Shown piece after piece: positions 47,735-57,578 of a stretch of DNA of 64,000 bases. Origin of the DNA: Thermoanaerobaculia bacterium (GTDB taxonomy: Bacteria > Acidobacteriota > Thermoanaerobaculia > Multivoradales > Multivoraceae); the NCBI GenBank assembly GCA_963664405.1, contig OY761158.1:160001-224000 (forward strand), in the 5' to 3' direction. Position 1 is the stretch's first letter, and each line of letters starts with the position of its first letter. The position numbers were made by a program, and so were the translations under genes. The notes beneath the pieces are model-generated. The model saw only the letters and a program-made list of their open reading frames with translations, did not search any database and had not been told where the DNA came from.

Positions 47735-49192
47735 CTAGGACGAGTTCAAGGCGGCTTTTATTTCAGTGTCGTCAGGCGGCGTCGGACGATCCTCGGACTT
47801 GGCTCCCCCGCGCCGAGCAAGAACGCTCTCGAGGTAGGACAGCCCCTCTTCGAGAGTATGGAAGGCGCCATCGAGCTGAGCCTCGAAGCAGAGCTCGAGA
47901 AGTGGACCGAACTCGGGCCCCGGGCTCATTCCACGCTCGATGAGATGACGCCCCATGACCAGCGGTCGCGGTCGCCTATCGGCCACTGCGAGCTCTTGCG
48001 CGCGGGCCAGAAGCCAAGTCGCCGACGGGTCGCCGTCCGCCGGCAGTGGAGGACGGCCCGCTGCGTCGGCCTGGGCGACCCGCACCAGCCGATCGATCCT
48101 TTCCACCCGATTCGCCAGGCGTCGCACCGCGCTTTCGCCGGCACTGGCCTCGTATAGTTGGCGGGGTTTCAGATGTTCGCGCACCAGCGGAACGACGTCC
48201 TCGACCAGATCGCTCTGCTGAGTCAAACGCGCCAAGAAGGTACGGGTCGGGCCTTCTCCACCAGCTTCATGCCCTCGGGAACGAATTCTGCCGCCTTCCT
48301 CCCGCGTCGTCGCAGGCTTGCCGAGGTCATGGCATAGACAGGCCAGGCCGACGACCAGATCCTCGCGCTCCTCGCCCTTCCCGAGACGCTCTTTCGCGAA
48401 GGCGTTCATGACATGCAGAGTGTGGACCCAGACATCGCCCTCGGGATGCCACTGGGGATCCTGCGGGCAGTCGATCAGAGCCGCCAGCTCGGGGAAGTAA
48501 TCGGTCCAACCGGTGTCGCGAAGAAAGGCGAGCCCGTACTCGATATCTTCGCCTTGAAGCAGCAGCTTGCGCCACTCTTCGAAGACGCGGTCGCGGGCAA
48601 GCCCCTCAGTCGTCATCTGCCGACAGATCTCGATTGTCTCCGGCGCGGCCTCGAGAACGAAGCGCGCACAGAGTTGCATCCCCCTCAAGACTCGGAGTGG
48701 ATCTTCAGCAAAACGCTCCGAAGTGTGACGAAGGACCCTCGCCTCGAGATCCTTGCGCCCCTCGAAGGGATCCTCTACATCCCCGTCGAGAGGGTCGAAG
48801 AGAATCGAATTGATCGTGAAGTCACGACGACGAGTGGCCTCGCCCAGGGGCATCTCGGGATCGGCCTCGACCATGAAATCGCCGTGACGGGAGCCCGTTT
48901 TGCGCTCACGACGTGGCAGCGACACGTCGATGGGCAGATGACGGAGCTTGAAGACCGCGAACGAGGCACCCACCGTATCGATCTTCCAATGCCGCTCCAG
49001 GGCCTGCTGCAACGCCTGCGGGGAAAGTCCGAAGACTTCGATGTCGAAGTCGATCACCCGTCGATCCAGGTGCGCGTCTCGGACAGCGCCTCCAACCAGA
49101 AACCCACGACCCCCCTCTGTGCGCACCGCCGAACAGAGACGCTCGATCGTCTGCAAATGCTCCGGGTCCGCCTTGAAGGAGTCGAGTCTCAT
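47735..49192 (-). CDS. cca: CCA-adding/tRNA nucleotidyltransferase with HD domain
   Basis: VGGAVRD, DFDIE, RRDFTIN, EDPLRVLR, HPEGDV and HDLGK motifs. Start re-called to ATG 49192. Confidence 0.88.
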   Translation of the reverse strand: MRLDSFKADPEHLQTIERLCSAVRTEGGRGFLVGGAVRDAHLDRRVIDFDIEVFGLSPQALQQALERHWKIDTVGASFAVFKLRHLPIDVSLPRRERKTGSRHGDFMVEADPEMPLGEATRRRDFTINSILFDPLDGDVEDPFEGRKDLEARVLRHTSERFAEDPLRVLRGMQLCARFVLEAAPETIEICRQMTTEGLARDRVFEEWRKLLLQGEDIEYGLAFLRDTGWTDYFPELAALIDCPQDPQWHPEGDVWVHTLHVMNAFAKERLGKGEEREDLVVGLACLCHDLGKPATTREEGGRIRSRGHEAGGEGPTRTFLARLTQQSDLVEDVVPLVREHLKPRQLYEASAGESAVRRLANRVERIDRLVRVAQADAAGRPPLPADGDPSATWLLARAQELAVADRRPRPLVMGRHLIERGMSPGPEFGPLLELCFEAQLDGAFHTLEEGLSYLESVLARRGGAKSEDRPTPPDDTEIKAALNSS

Positions 49193-49200
49193 CAGATTTC

Positions 49201-49749
49201 TCAGAGGCGAGCGAGAAGACCTAGCGGGAGTCCCACAACGAGCTCTTGCAGTGCTGCGGCGTTTTGTAGCGGTTCGCCGAGGGCGAAGGCACGGATCTCG
49301 AAGTGGCCGGCCCAAACGAAAACCTGCTGGTCAGCGAAAACGGAGGCGGGTCGGCCGCCAATCTCCTCGCTACCCCAGCCTTCCATCGACTCTTCGGTGA
49401 GATCGGGGCGGTAGAAGAGCTCGAGACGGGCCACGTCTCCACTCTCCTGGGTCCGCAGGACCAGAGAAAAATGGTCGCCGCCGTCCTGGTCCACGTAGAG
49501 TAGATCGCCACTACAGGAAGCGCAAAGGGTCTCGGCTGATGGCAAGAAAGCCCCGAGCGCGGCCGCCAGGTCCTGACCCTCGGCGGCCGACAGCTCGGTC
49601 GCCGCCGAGGCACCTCTGAGCTGCTGCGCCAGATCCGCCAGCTCGGGTGGCAGGGCCTCTTCGCGCGCCCTGTCGGAACAGCCTTGCACCATGGGCATCA
49701 GTAGAACCAGCATGGCCGCTGTAAGAGATGGAGAACGAAGTACGGTCAT
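49201..49749 (-). CDS. Hypothetical lipoprotein
   Basis: Hydrophobic signal ending VQGC; internal CASC; fills the gap in the minus-strand gene run. Confidence 0.6.
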   Translation of the reverse strand: MTVLRSPSLTAAMLVLLMPMVQGCSDRAREEALPPELADLAQQLRGASAATELSAAEGQDLAAALGAFLPSAETLCASCSGDLLYVDQDGGDHFSLVLRTQESGDVARLELFYRPDLTEESMEGWGSEEIGGRPASVFADQQVFVWAGHFEIRAFALGEPLQNAAALQELVVGLPLGLLARL

Positions 49750-49868
49750 GCGCGGAGGGTCGAGTGGAGCGTGAGGACTCTGGCGCAGTTGATAGTATGC
49801 CAGTGAACGATCCTCGCGCCCGGGGTGGTAGGTCCCTCGGCGCTTCTCTGTTTCCTGGAGGTTCCGAG

Positions 49869-50807
49869 ATGTTCCGCCGAATCACTCCTTTCTTACTGTC
49901 GCTGCTCTTGATCTGCGCCGCCGCTGTGGCGCAGGTACCGGGAACCCTGACCGGCCAGGTCTTCGATGAGAATGGCGACCCGATCGCCGAAGTCAAGATC
50001 ACCATCACCGACCCCGAGGCCGCTACTTTTCTCCAAGAAGAGATGACCGACAAGAGAGGCAAGTTCAGCATCCGGGTCAACAACTCGGTGCCTCGTTACT
50101 ATTTCAAGTTAGAGAAAGAAGGCTTTCAGAGCATGATCGTGCCGGAGGTCAAGATTCCGGGACGTGCCCGAACACGGAGAGATTTCGACCTGATCTCGGC
50201 GGCCGCCGCCCTGGCCGCTCGCGACCCGGAAGAGATCGAGAAGGGTAATTACGTCAAGCTCTACAACCAGGGCGTCAGCGCTCTCGAGGCCCAGAGCTTC
50301 GGCCTTGCCAAATCGCTCTTTGAAGGGGCTCTCGAAAAGAAGGCGGACTACGGGCCCGCCCACGGTGGCTTGGCCCGCGTCTACTGGAAGCAGGAAGATT
50401 GGGAGAACGCGCTCAGTTCGGCGCAACGCTCAGTCGAGCTCAATCCCGACGACACCGAAATCCAGCAGGTCCTCTACGCCGCCTACAACGGGCTGGGGCA
50501 GACCGACAAGGCCAAGGCCATCCTTGCCGAGATGCAGGCGAGCGACCCCGCGAAGGCGGGTCTCAACATGTTCAACGAGGCCGCCGATCTCTACAACAAC
50601 GGCCAGCTGGCAGAAGCGAAGGGAATGTTCGAGCAGATCCTTGCCGTTCAGCCGGACCACGCCAAGACCCACTACATGCTCGGTCTCTGCTACGTCAGCG
50701 AAGGAGCGAACGCGGAAGCCAAGGAGCACCTCAACCGCTTTCTCGAGCTTGATCCAGAGGACCCTGACGCCGCCACCGCGCAGGAGATGCTCAAATACGT
50801 CGAGTAG
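49869..50807 (+). CDS. Secreted protein with carboxypeptidase-regulatory-like domain and TPR repeats
   Basis: Signal peptide, 'LTGQVFDENGDPI', 'TDKRGKF', 'KEGF' and multiple TPR helices. Start ATG 49869 (GGAGG RBS). Confidence 0.85.
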   Translation: MFRRITPFLLSLLLICAAAVAQVPGTLTGQVFDENGDPIAEVKITITDPEAATFLQEEMTDKRGKFSIRVNNSVPRYYFKLEKEGFQSMIVPEVKIPGRARTRRDFDLISAAAALAARDPEEIEKGNYVKLYNQGVSALEAQSFGLAKSLFEGALEKKADYGPAHGGLARVYWKQEDWENALSSAQRSVELNPDDTEIQQVLYAAYNGLGQTDKAKAILAEMQASDPAKAGLNMFNEAADLYNNGQLAEAKGMFEQILAVQPDHAKTHYMLGLCYVSEGANAEAKEHLNRFLELDPEDPDAATAQEMLKYVE

Positions 50808-50834
50808 GCGTGCGTCGCCAAGATTGCACTCCTC

Positions 50835-51311
50835 TTGAGCGCTCAACCTCTCCCCCATTCCGAGGGCTGCTTCGTTTGCGGCGAGGCCAACCCCCACGGT
50901 CTACGGCTGCGCTTCTTCAATGGAGACGGCTGGGTCTTTACTCGTTTCGAGCTTCCGCAGCACTTCCGAGGCTTTCTAGACCGGACCCACGGCGGCGTGG
51001 TGTCGGCGCTGGTCGACGAGGTCATGGGATGGGCGACGGTCATGCGCGGCCGCCGCTTCTCTTACACCGTCGAGCTCAAAGTTCGATTCCACCAACCTGT
51101 ATCACTCGTGACCCCGCTTCTGGTGCGGGGGCGAGTCGCACGACACACCCGCAGACTCTCCTTTGCCGAAGCGGAGATCCGCGACGACTCCGACCGACTC
51201 CTGGTCTCCGCCGAAGGCAAGTTCGTGATGTTGAGCAAAGGGGAGACTGTGGAGATCGCTGGCGCCCTGATCTACTCCCCGGAAGCTTGGCGGGTCCTTG
51301 GCGAAGAATGA
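50835..51311 (+). CDS. PaaI family thioesterase
   Basis: CFVCGEANPHGL and HGGVVSALVDE motifs. Confidence 0.9.
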   Translation: MSAQPLPHSEGCFVCGEANPHGLRLRFFNGDGWVFTRFELPQHFRGFLDRTHGGVVSALVDEVMGWATVMRGRRFSYTVELKVRFHQPVSLVTPLLVRGRVARHTRRLSFAEAEIRDDSDRLLVSAEGKFVMLSKGETVEIAGALIYSPEAWRVLGEE

Positions 51312-51367
51312 GACCGGGTCAATCGTTCTATAGCAGGCGGGACCGAGTACGTCGCTTGATGCCAGCC

Positions 51368-51973
51368 CTAAAGGCTGACGCCGCGCTCTCGGAGCTGCTC
51401 ACGAAGCAGGTCAGCGCCCTGAAAAACCTCGCCATCGATGCCCAGGCTCCTCGCAGACTGCACATATTGCGCGATGTCGTCGGTGTAGAAGCACTCCCCC
51501 GCCGCGCAACCGGCGGCTCCCAGCGCCTGCTTGAAAATCTTCTCCTCCGGCTTCACCGCTCCGAGCTGATGAGACAACACTAAGTGATCGAAGTACTCGA
51601 AAACGGGGAACTCGCGTAGTACGTGGCTACTATGCACCTCGCAGGTGTTGGAGAGGACGACTAGACGGACCCCCTCCTCATGTAGATCCTCGACGATCTC
51701 GGCAACAGCCGGGTCGGCGTCGAAGATGTCCGTGGCCGCCACGCAAGCTTCCGCGAAGGTCGCCTGCCGGCTGCCGACCCTATTGAGCCTGTGCCACAGA
51801 TCCTCGGTACTGACCTCCCCCCGATCCAGGAGCTCAGCCAACCCAGATTCGAAGATCTCCTGGCGGATCGTTTCAGTCGAGGCGCCGTAGACCTCCGCAA
51901 GCTGCCGGCACATGCGCTCATGGCTGAACGCCAGAATCACGTTCCCGATGTCAAAGAGAACCGCGCGAATCAT
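51368..51973 (-). CDS. HAD family phosphatase (YihX-like)
   Basis: FDIGNV, LSNT, KP and YTDD motifs. Confidence 0.9.
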   Translation of the reverse strand: MIRAVLFDIGNVILAFSHERMCRQLAEVYGASTETIRQEIFESGLAELLDRGEVSTEDLWHRLNRVGSRQATFAEACVAATDIFDADPAVAEIVEDLHEEGVRLVVLSNTCEVHSSHVLREFPVFEYFDHLVLSHQLGAVKPEEKIFKQALGAAGCAAGECFYTDDIAQYVQSARSLGIDGEVFQGADLLREQLRERGVSL

Positions 51974-52239
51974 TGCTGGTCCATCCAGGTCTCGATCGGC
52001 TCGGAGAGCAGGCGATAGCGATTCCGCAGCTCGGTCACCCGCAGCGAATACTGACCGCGAAGCTTCTTTCCCTCCTCCCGCTCTCGCCGTCGAAGCTCTT
52101 GGCGCAGACTTCGAAGCTCGAGGCGGTACAGATCATTGAGCTGCTCGCGAACGAGAGCTGGATCTGTCTTTGACAACGGCCGAAGACCCCTCTCAGCAAG
52201 CTCTTCGAGAACCTCCGCACGATAGGACCGACGGTTCAC
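51970..52239 (-). CDS. Hypothetical helical protein
   Basis: 89-aa ORF with an ATGA overlap to the HAD gene and a GAGGAG RBS. Confidence 0.65.
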   Translation of the reverse strand: MNRRSYRAEVLEELAERGLRPLSKTDPALVREQLNDLYRLELRSLRQELRRREREEGKKLRGQYSLRVTELRNRYRLLSEPIETWMDQQ

Positions 52240-52294
52240 CGAGTCATACTCCTCGCTTCATCCTCGCTCTCCCGTTTCAGGCTAGCATTGACAG

Positions 52295-53494
52295 ATGCCC
52301 GACGACCCCCTGCTCTCGTGGCGGGACCATTTTCCCGTTCTCGAGACCAGCACCTATCTGATCAGTAATTCCCTCGGAGCGATGCCCCGTGCGGTCGAGC
52401 ACGAGCTCGGTCGATACACGAGCCTGTGGGGCCGCCGAGGGGTCCGCGCTTGGGCTGAGGAGTGGTGGGAGCTGGGGTCTCGGGTAGCCGATCTCGTCGC
52501 CCCCCTCCTCGGCGCTCCGCGCGGCTCGATCTCGATGCACCCGAATACCACCCTGGCAACAGCGGTAATGCTCTCTTGCCTCTCGCCGGCTCGGACTCGT
52601 CGCAAAGTCGTCACCACCGACCTCCACTTCCCATCGATCCTCTATCTTCTCGAGGGCTGGTGCCGCAGCCACGATGCGACCCTTCAAACCGTGCCTCGCT
52701 ACGGGGCGTGGGGCGCCGACCCGCAGCGCCTCCTCGACTCCATCGACGAGACGACCCTCGCGGTCTGTCTCAGCCACGTCGAGTACGCCACCGCTTGGGT
52801 CAATGATGCGCCCGCCCTCGCCAAGCGCTGCCGTGAGGCCGGCGCCTTTCTCATTCTCGACATCTTCCAATCGGCCGGCACCTTGCCGCTCGATCTTCAA
52901 GGGTGGGGAGTCGATGCAGCGGTAGGCGGCTGTCTCAAATGGCTGTGCGGGGGTCCCGGTAATGTCTTTCTATACGTCGATCCGGAACTGAGCGACACGC
53001 TGCAACCATGGCTCACCGGATGGGCGGCCCATCGTGCTCCTTTCTCTTTCACTCCTCCACCCATCGAGCACAGCTCAGGCGCTGAACGATTTCTCAACGG
53101 AACGCCGCAAGTCTCGGCTCTCTACTGCGCTCGACCCGGGCTCGAGATCCTCGGAGAGGTAGGCATCGATGCAGTGCGAGGGAAGTCTCTGAGTCTCTGC
53201 CGCAAGATCGTCGAAGGATCGACGGCCAGGGACTTCGAGCTCTCTTCACCCACCGACCCCGCCTGCCGAGGCGGCACGATCGCGCTGCATGTCCCCGATG
53301 CTGAGCTCGTTGCCCAGGAGCTGCTTACGCGTAATGTCGTGATCGACTATCGTCCCGGCTTCGGCATTCGCATCGCTCCCCATTTCTACAGTACCTGGGA
53401 AGAGTGTGAGCTCTGTCTCGACACAATCCAGGAAGTCCTGGAAACTCGTAGCTTCGAGCGACATCGCAGCGTCGCGGGAACCAAGCCGACATGA
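52295..53494 (+). CDS. kynU: Kynureninase (PLP-dependent, class V)
   Basis: YLISNSLGAMP, D.FQSAG, GGCLKWLCGGPG and DYRP motifs; coupled to kynB. Confidence 0.85.
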   Translation: MPDDPLLSWRDHFPVLETSTYLISNSLGAMPRAVEHELGRYTSLWGRRGVRAWAEEWWELGSRVADLVAPLLGAPRGSISMHPNTTLATAVMLSCLSPARTRRKVVTTDLHFPSILYLLEGWCRSHDATLQTVPRYGAWGADPQRLLDSIDETTLAVCLSHVEYATAWVNDAPALAKRCREAGAFLILDIFQSAGTLPLDLQGWGVDAAVGGCLKWLCGGPGNVFLYVDPELSDTLQPWLTGWAAHRAPFSFTPPPIEHSSGAERFLNGTPQVSALYCARPGLEILGEVGIDAVRGKSLSLCRKIVEGSTARDFELSSPTDPACRGGTIALHVPDAELVAQELLTRNVVIDYRPGFGIRIAPHFYSTWEECELCLDTIQEVLETRSFERHRSVAGTKPT

Positions 53495-54129
53495 TCTACG
53501 ACATCTCGCCACCGCTCGACGAAGACATCGCGGTCTGGCCCGGCGACACTGCATTTCGAGCCACCACCAATATGAGCCTCGAGAGCGGAGACACAGTACG
53601 CCTCTCGGACATTCGCCTCTCCTGCCACACCGGCGCGCATGCCGACGCACCGGCCCATGTTTTGAGCGATGGCGCCACCATCGACCGCCTGCCCCTCGAG
53701 ATCTTCATGGGTCCCTGCCAGCTCCGCGAGGTAGCGCCCCGAGAAGGTCTCGTTCACAGCTCTGCGATCGAGGCTCTCGGATTGATCGCCCCCGTTGACC
53801 GACTACTGCTGCGCACCTGCACCGGACGAGACCGAGAGACCTTCTGCGAGGACTTCGCCGCCTTGACCCCCGGCGCCGCCGAATACCTAGGAGACCTGGG
53901 GCTCGTGCTGCTCGGTCTCGACTCCCCCAGCGTCGACCCCTTCGACTCGGAAGAGCTCCCCGTCCACAAGATCCTCTATCGGTGTGGAATCGCCAATCTG
54001 GAAAGCCTGGACCTAGACGGCGTGCCGGAAGGCAGCTATGAGCTGATCGCCCTGCCGCTTCGCCTGGTGGGACGCGACGCCGGCCCGGTGCGGGCTATCC
54101 TGAGGCGTCTCGACCGGGAACCCGACTAA
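53491..54129 (+). CDS. kynB: Arylformamidase/cyclase KynB
   Basis: DISPP, WPGD, HTGAHADAP.H, DSPSVDP and YELIALPL motifs. Confidence 0.88.
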   Translation: MIYDISPPLDEDIAVWPGDTAFRATTNMSLESGDTVRLSDIRLSCHTGAHADAPAHVLSDGATIDRLPLEIFMGPCQLREVAPREGLVHSSAIEALGLIAPVDRLLLRTCTGRDRETFCEDFAALTPGAAEYLGDLGLVLLGLDSPSVDPFDSEELPVHKILYRCGIANLESLDLDGVPEGSYELIALPLRLVGRDAGPVRAILRRLDREPD

Positions 54130-54133
54130 CACC

Positions 54134-54406
54134 TCAAGTCGGGCTAGCCTGGGCGCCGAGCAGGATGTCGAGCTCGCCAATGTCCTCGAGGTCGTAGAGC
54201 TCGTCACAGCCACCGACTCCGCGACCATCGATAAAGATCTGCGGCGTCGTAGTGCGCCCCTCGGCTCTCGCCACCATTTCTTGCAGAAGACCCGGTTTCA
54301 GACTGATATTCCGCTCCTCGAACTCGACCCCTTTGGTCTCCAGGAGTCGTTTCGCCATCCCGCAATAGCCGCAGAAGGAGCTGGTATAGATCTCGACTCG
54401 GGGCAC
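54134..54406 (-). CDS. grxC: Glutaredoxin 3
   Basis: CGYC, TTPQIFI and GGCDEL motifs. Confidence 0.92.
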   Translation of the reverse strand: MPRVEIYTSSFCGYCGMAKRLLETKGVEFEERNISLKPGLLQEMVARAEGRTTTPQIFIDGRGVGGCDELYDLEDIGELDILLGAQASPT

Positions 54407-54476
54407 GGCCTATCGAACCAGAAGGTCCGGTGTCGAATTCCGCCACCGGGCGGGCAATTCCTCCCCGACTCTTGGC

Positions 54477-54505
54477 TTGGGCTCTAGAGCTCCACGGTCT
54501 ACAAT
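54477..54505 (+). promoter_or_regulatory. Putative promoter TTGGGC-N17-TACAAT for the peroxiredoxin
   Basis: 17-nt spacing, upstream of an AGGAG RBS. Confidence 0.45.
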
Positions 54506-54542
54506 ACTTATTCGAATCGCAACCACCAGCAGGAGAGAGAAA

Positions 54543-55211
<669 letters not shown>

Positions 55212-55217
55212 CGGCGC

Positions 55218-55383
55218 CTAGACCAGCGTTTCCAAAGTTCGTGTGCAATAGCTCGAGGTCATTCTGTTCGCTGGCCAGGCGCGCCGACGCAGGCATATTG
55301 GGCAATATGTCGAGGAGGCGAAACGCCGCCAGCGGACAGAAGGGGCCGAGATATGTGCGCGAACTTTGGAAACGCTGGTCTAG
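55218..55383 (+). mobile_element. CTAG-bounded palindromic MITE-like element, family A copy 2
   Basis: Perfect 24-bp terminal inverted repeat CTAGACCAGCGTTTCCAAAGTTCG/CGAACTTTGGAAACGCTGGTCTAG. The core is shared with 13093-13259. Confidence 0.75.
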
Positions 55384-57564
55384 CTAGAAGCGGTGGCCTC
55401 CGTGGGCTCCATAGAGGAGCTCGAACTGGAGGAACAAGCTCGACTCGTCGCGCTCGAGATGGTCGGCGCGGTCCCAGTTGTACTGGAGGCGGAGCTTCGA
55501 GAACTCACTGGGAAAGAAACTCAGGTTCGGAGAGATGCGAAGACGGAAGGCGCGGAGTGGATCCGCCTCAGCTTCGCCTTCTGCATCCGCCCAATCGAAG
55601 CGCATGCCCGCTACCCAGCGCGTTCTGAAACCCCAGGTCGCTTGTAGGTAGGCTCCCCAGTCCCGAAGAGTCTCGCCGGGAAGAAAGGATCCCTCCAAGG
55701 TCTGTGGAGCGGCCTCGTAGGCTCTCGTCATCAGCTCGGCCTGGATGGTGTAGAAGGGCCAGCCGCGCTCGTTCACCGGTGGCCTCCACTTCCCGTAGAA
55801 GTCGATGCCGGTGATGTTCGTGCGCTCCTCTAGCCCAGTGGCGTTGGGGCCGGTCACGTGGGAGGCACCGGTCAAGATGGTGAAGCTGTCGGTAACATCG
55901 ACTGAGGTCGAGAAGCGCCCCAAGTAGAGGAGATCCCCGGCTGTGCGCACGTCCCGATCGAGGAGCACTCTGCCGGCAAACTCCTCACCCGGCACAGAAC
56001 GGAAGGACGTCGCGGTCTCCCCATTCGAGTTTTGCACCCCGAAGCTCACCTCGGCGAAGAAGGAAGTCGGGAGCAACCAGTTGAGCTGACCGCCGGGGCC
56101 CCGCAGGCCGTCCGGGCCCAGGAAGCGAGAGCTCACGACCGGTTGGTCCACAAAGCTCCAGGCGTGCGGATGCTGGACATTCAAGCGTCCGAAAGAAGAG
56201 AAGAAGGTGCCTGCCTTCACTTGCAGGCCCGCCGGTAGGGCGAGAGTCGTCAGGTAGGCTTCCTCGACTTCGACAACACTCTCGCCCTCTTCGTCGATCT
56301 GGAAGACGATGAAGGCGTCTCCGCGAATGTAAGGGTCCACGGCTCCAGAGAGGGCGAGCTCGAGATTCTGCACTGTGAAACCACGATTCTTGGGATCGTG
56401 AGCGCCGAGCTCGAGCAGGCGCAGATCGGACTCGCGAGCCGACGAAGCGCCGGCCGAAAAGAGGCCATCGAGGGAAATATCGATGAGCCGTAGGCCGGTC
56501 GATGGGGGGGCCGGCGCCTCTGCCATCGGCTCTTGTTGCTCTCCGGGCTCAGCTTCCTCGGCCAACTGCTCGAGCTCGGCTTCGAGGGCGGTGATGCGCT
56601 CCTGAGCCTGCCGGACGACCTCCTTCAACTTGGCGAGCTCGTCTGCCAGCGCCTCTACGCCGGACGCCTCGTCCTCAGGCTCATCTGCGCGTGCCGGTGC
56701 GTAGGCAACCATGCCGAGGGCAACGAACATGACGGCCGCGCCGCGGAAGTGGCGAAGTCCCGGAAGCAAGCGCCCCACCAGGGCGGCGACCAGAGCGCCA
56801 AGACTGAGAACGGCGACGATCGAAGCCCCCGACGGGAAGTCATAGACATAGGAGAGGTGCAACCCGAAAAAGCTTCCGGCTAGGGCGACACCCAGCGCGA
56901 CGAACACCAAAGGGCCGGTTCGCCGGGTCACGAAGACCGCGGCGACAGGGGGAATGATCAGAAAGGCAAAGACCGGAATGACCCCACCGGCACGAATGGC
57001 GAAGACGATTGCAAACGCCAGCAGCACGTAGAACACGAGGTTCATCATCTGGTCCGCCGGGCCCAATGCCTCTCCGCTGCCCTTGCGGTAGGTCAGGGCG
57101 AAAAAGCGCCGCCCGAGCGCGACGTGAAGAAGGGCAACGGCCCCAAATACCATCAGCATCGACCTCAGCTCTCCGCGGTCGATCGCGAGGACATTGCCGA
57201 AGAGCACGTCCTGGATATCCGCTTCGCCGTGCGGAGTCTTGGCGATGAAGAGAACGGTGAGCGCCGAGGAAGCGGCGTAAAAGATGCCGATGATCGCCTC
57301 GAGTCGGAGCCTCTTGTCACTGACGCGAAGCATCGAGAAGACGGCGGCAGCGATCAGCGTGAGAGTCATCGAAGAGAGCACCGGATCCAGGCCGGCGTAG
57401 GTCGCGTAAGCCACACCCAGCGACGAGATCTGGCCCAAAGCCAGGTCCACGAAGACGATGCCTCGCCTCACGACGTGCACTCCTAGATAGGCGAGGAGGA
57501 GCCCCAGCGCCGTACAGGCGACGAGGGCGTTGACCATGAAAGAGAGCTGGAGCCACTCAAACAT
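55384..57564 (-). CDS. Fusion: ZnuB/MntB-like metal ABC permease + coiled coil + outer-membrane beta-barrel
   Basis: N-part: LGVHVVRRGIVFVDLAL, EAIIG, LFGNVL, FAFLIIP. Middle: internal signal-like segment ending ARA-D. C-part: ELALSGAVDPY, EEAY, G.F...FGRLN.QHPH, FFPSEFSKLRLQY, GAHGGHRF. Start ATG 57564 (GGAGG RBS). Confidence 0.85.
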   Translation of the reverse strand: MFEWLQLSFMVNALVACTALGLLLAYLGVHVVRRGIVFVDLALGQISSLGVAYATYAGLDPVLSSMTLTLIAAAVFSMLRVSDKRLRLEAIIGIFYAASSALTVLFIAKTPHGEADIQDVLFGNVLAIDRGELRSMLMVFGAVALLHVALGRRFFALTYRKGSGEALGPADQMMNLVFYVLLAFAIVFAIRAGGVIPVFAFLIIPPVAAVFVTRRTGPLVFVALGVALAGSFFGLHLSYVYDFPSGASIVAVLSLGALVAALVGRLLPGLRHFRGAAVMFVALGMVAYAPARADEPEDEASGVEALADELAKLKEVVRQAQERITALEAELEQLAEEAEPGEQQEPMAEAPAPPSTGLRLIDISLDGLFSAGASSARESDLRLLELGAHDPKNRGFTVQNLELALSGAVDPYIRGDAFIVFQIDEEGESVVEVEEAYLTTLALPAGLQVKAGTFFSSFGRLNVQHPHAWSFVDQPVVSSRFLGPDGLRGPGGQLNWLLPTSFFAEVSFGVQNSNGETATSFRSVPGEEFAGRVLLDRDVRTAGDLLYLGRFSTSVDVTDSFTILTGASHVTGPNATGLEERTNITGIDFYGKWRPPVNERGWPFYTIQAELMTRAYEAAPQTLEGSFLPGETLRDWGAYLQATWGFRTRWVAGMRFDWADAEGEAEADPLRAFRLRISPNLSFFPSEFSKLRLQYNWDRADHLERDESSLFLQFELLYGAHGGHRF

Positions 57565-57578
57565 CGGCGACCTCCGAC

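Noticed and set aside
46208-48157. 649-aa ORF on the + strand
   Set aside because: It is antisense to four well-supported genes and has no recognisable motifs. It is a shadow ORF typical of high-GC DNA, like the many other antisense ORFs in the track.
52295-54129. kynU-kynB without kynA
   Set aside because: Tryptophan dioxygenase is often encoded elsewhere, so this cannot be judged from one window.
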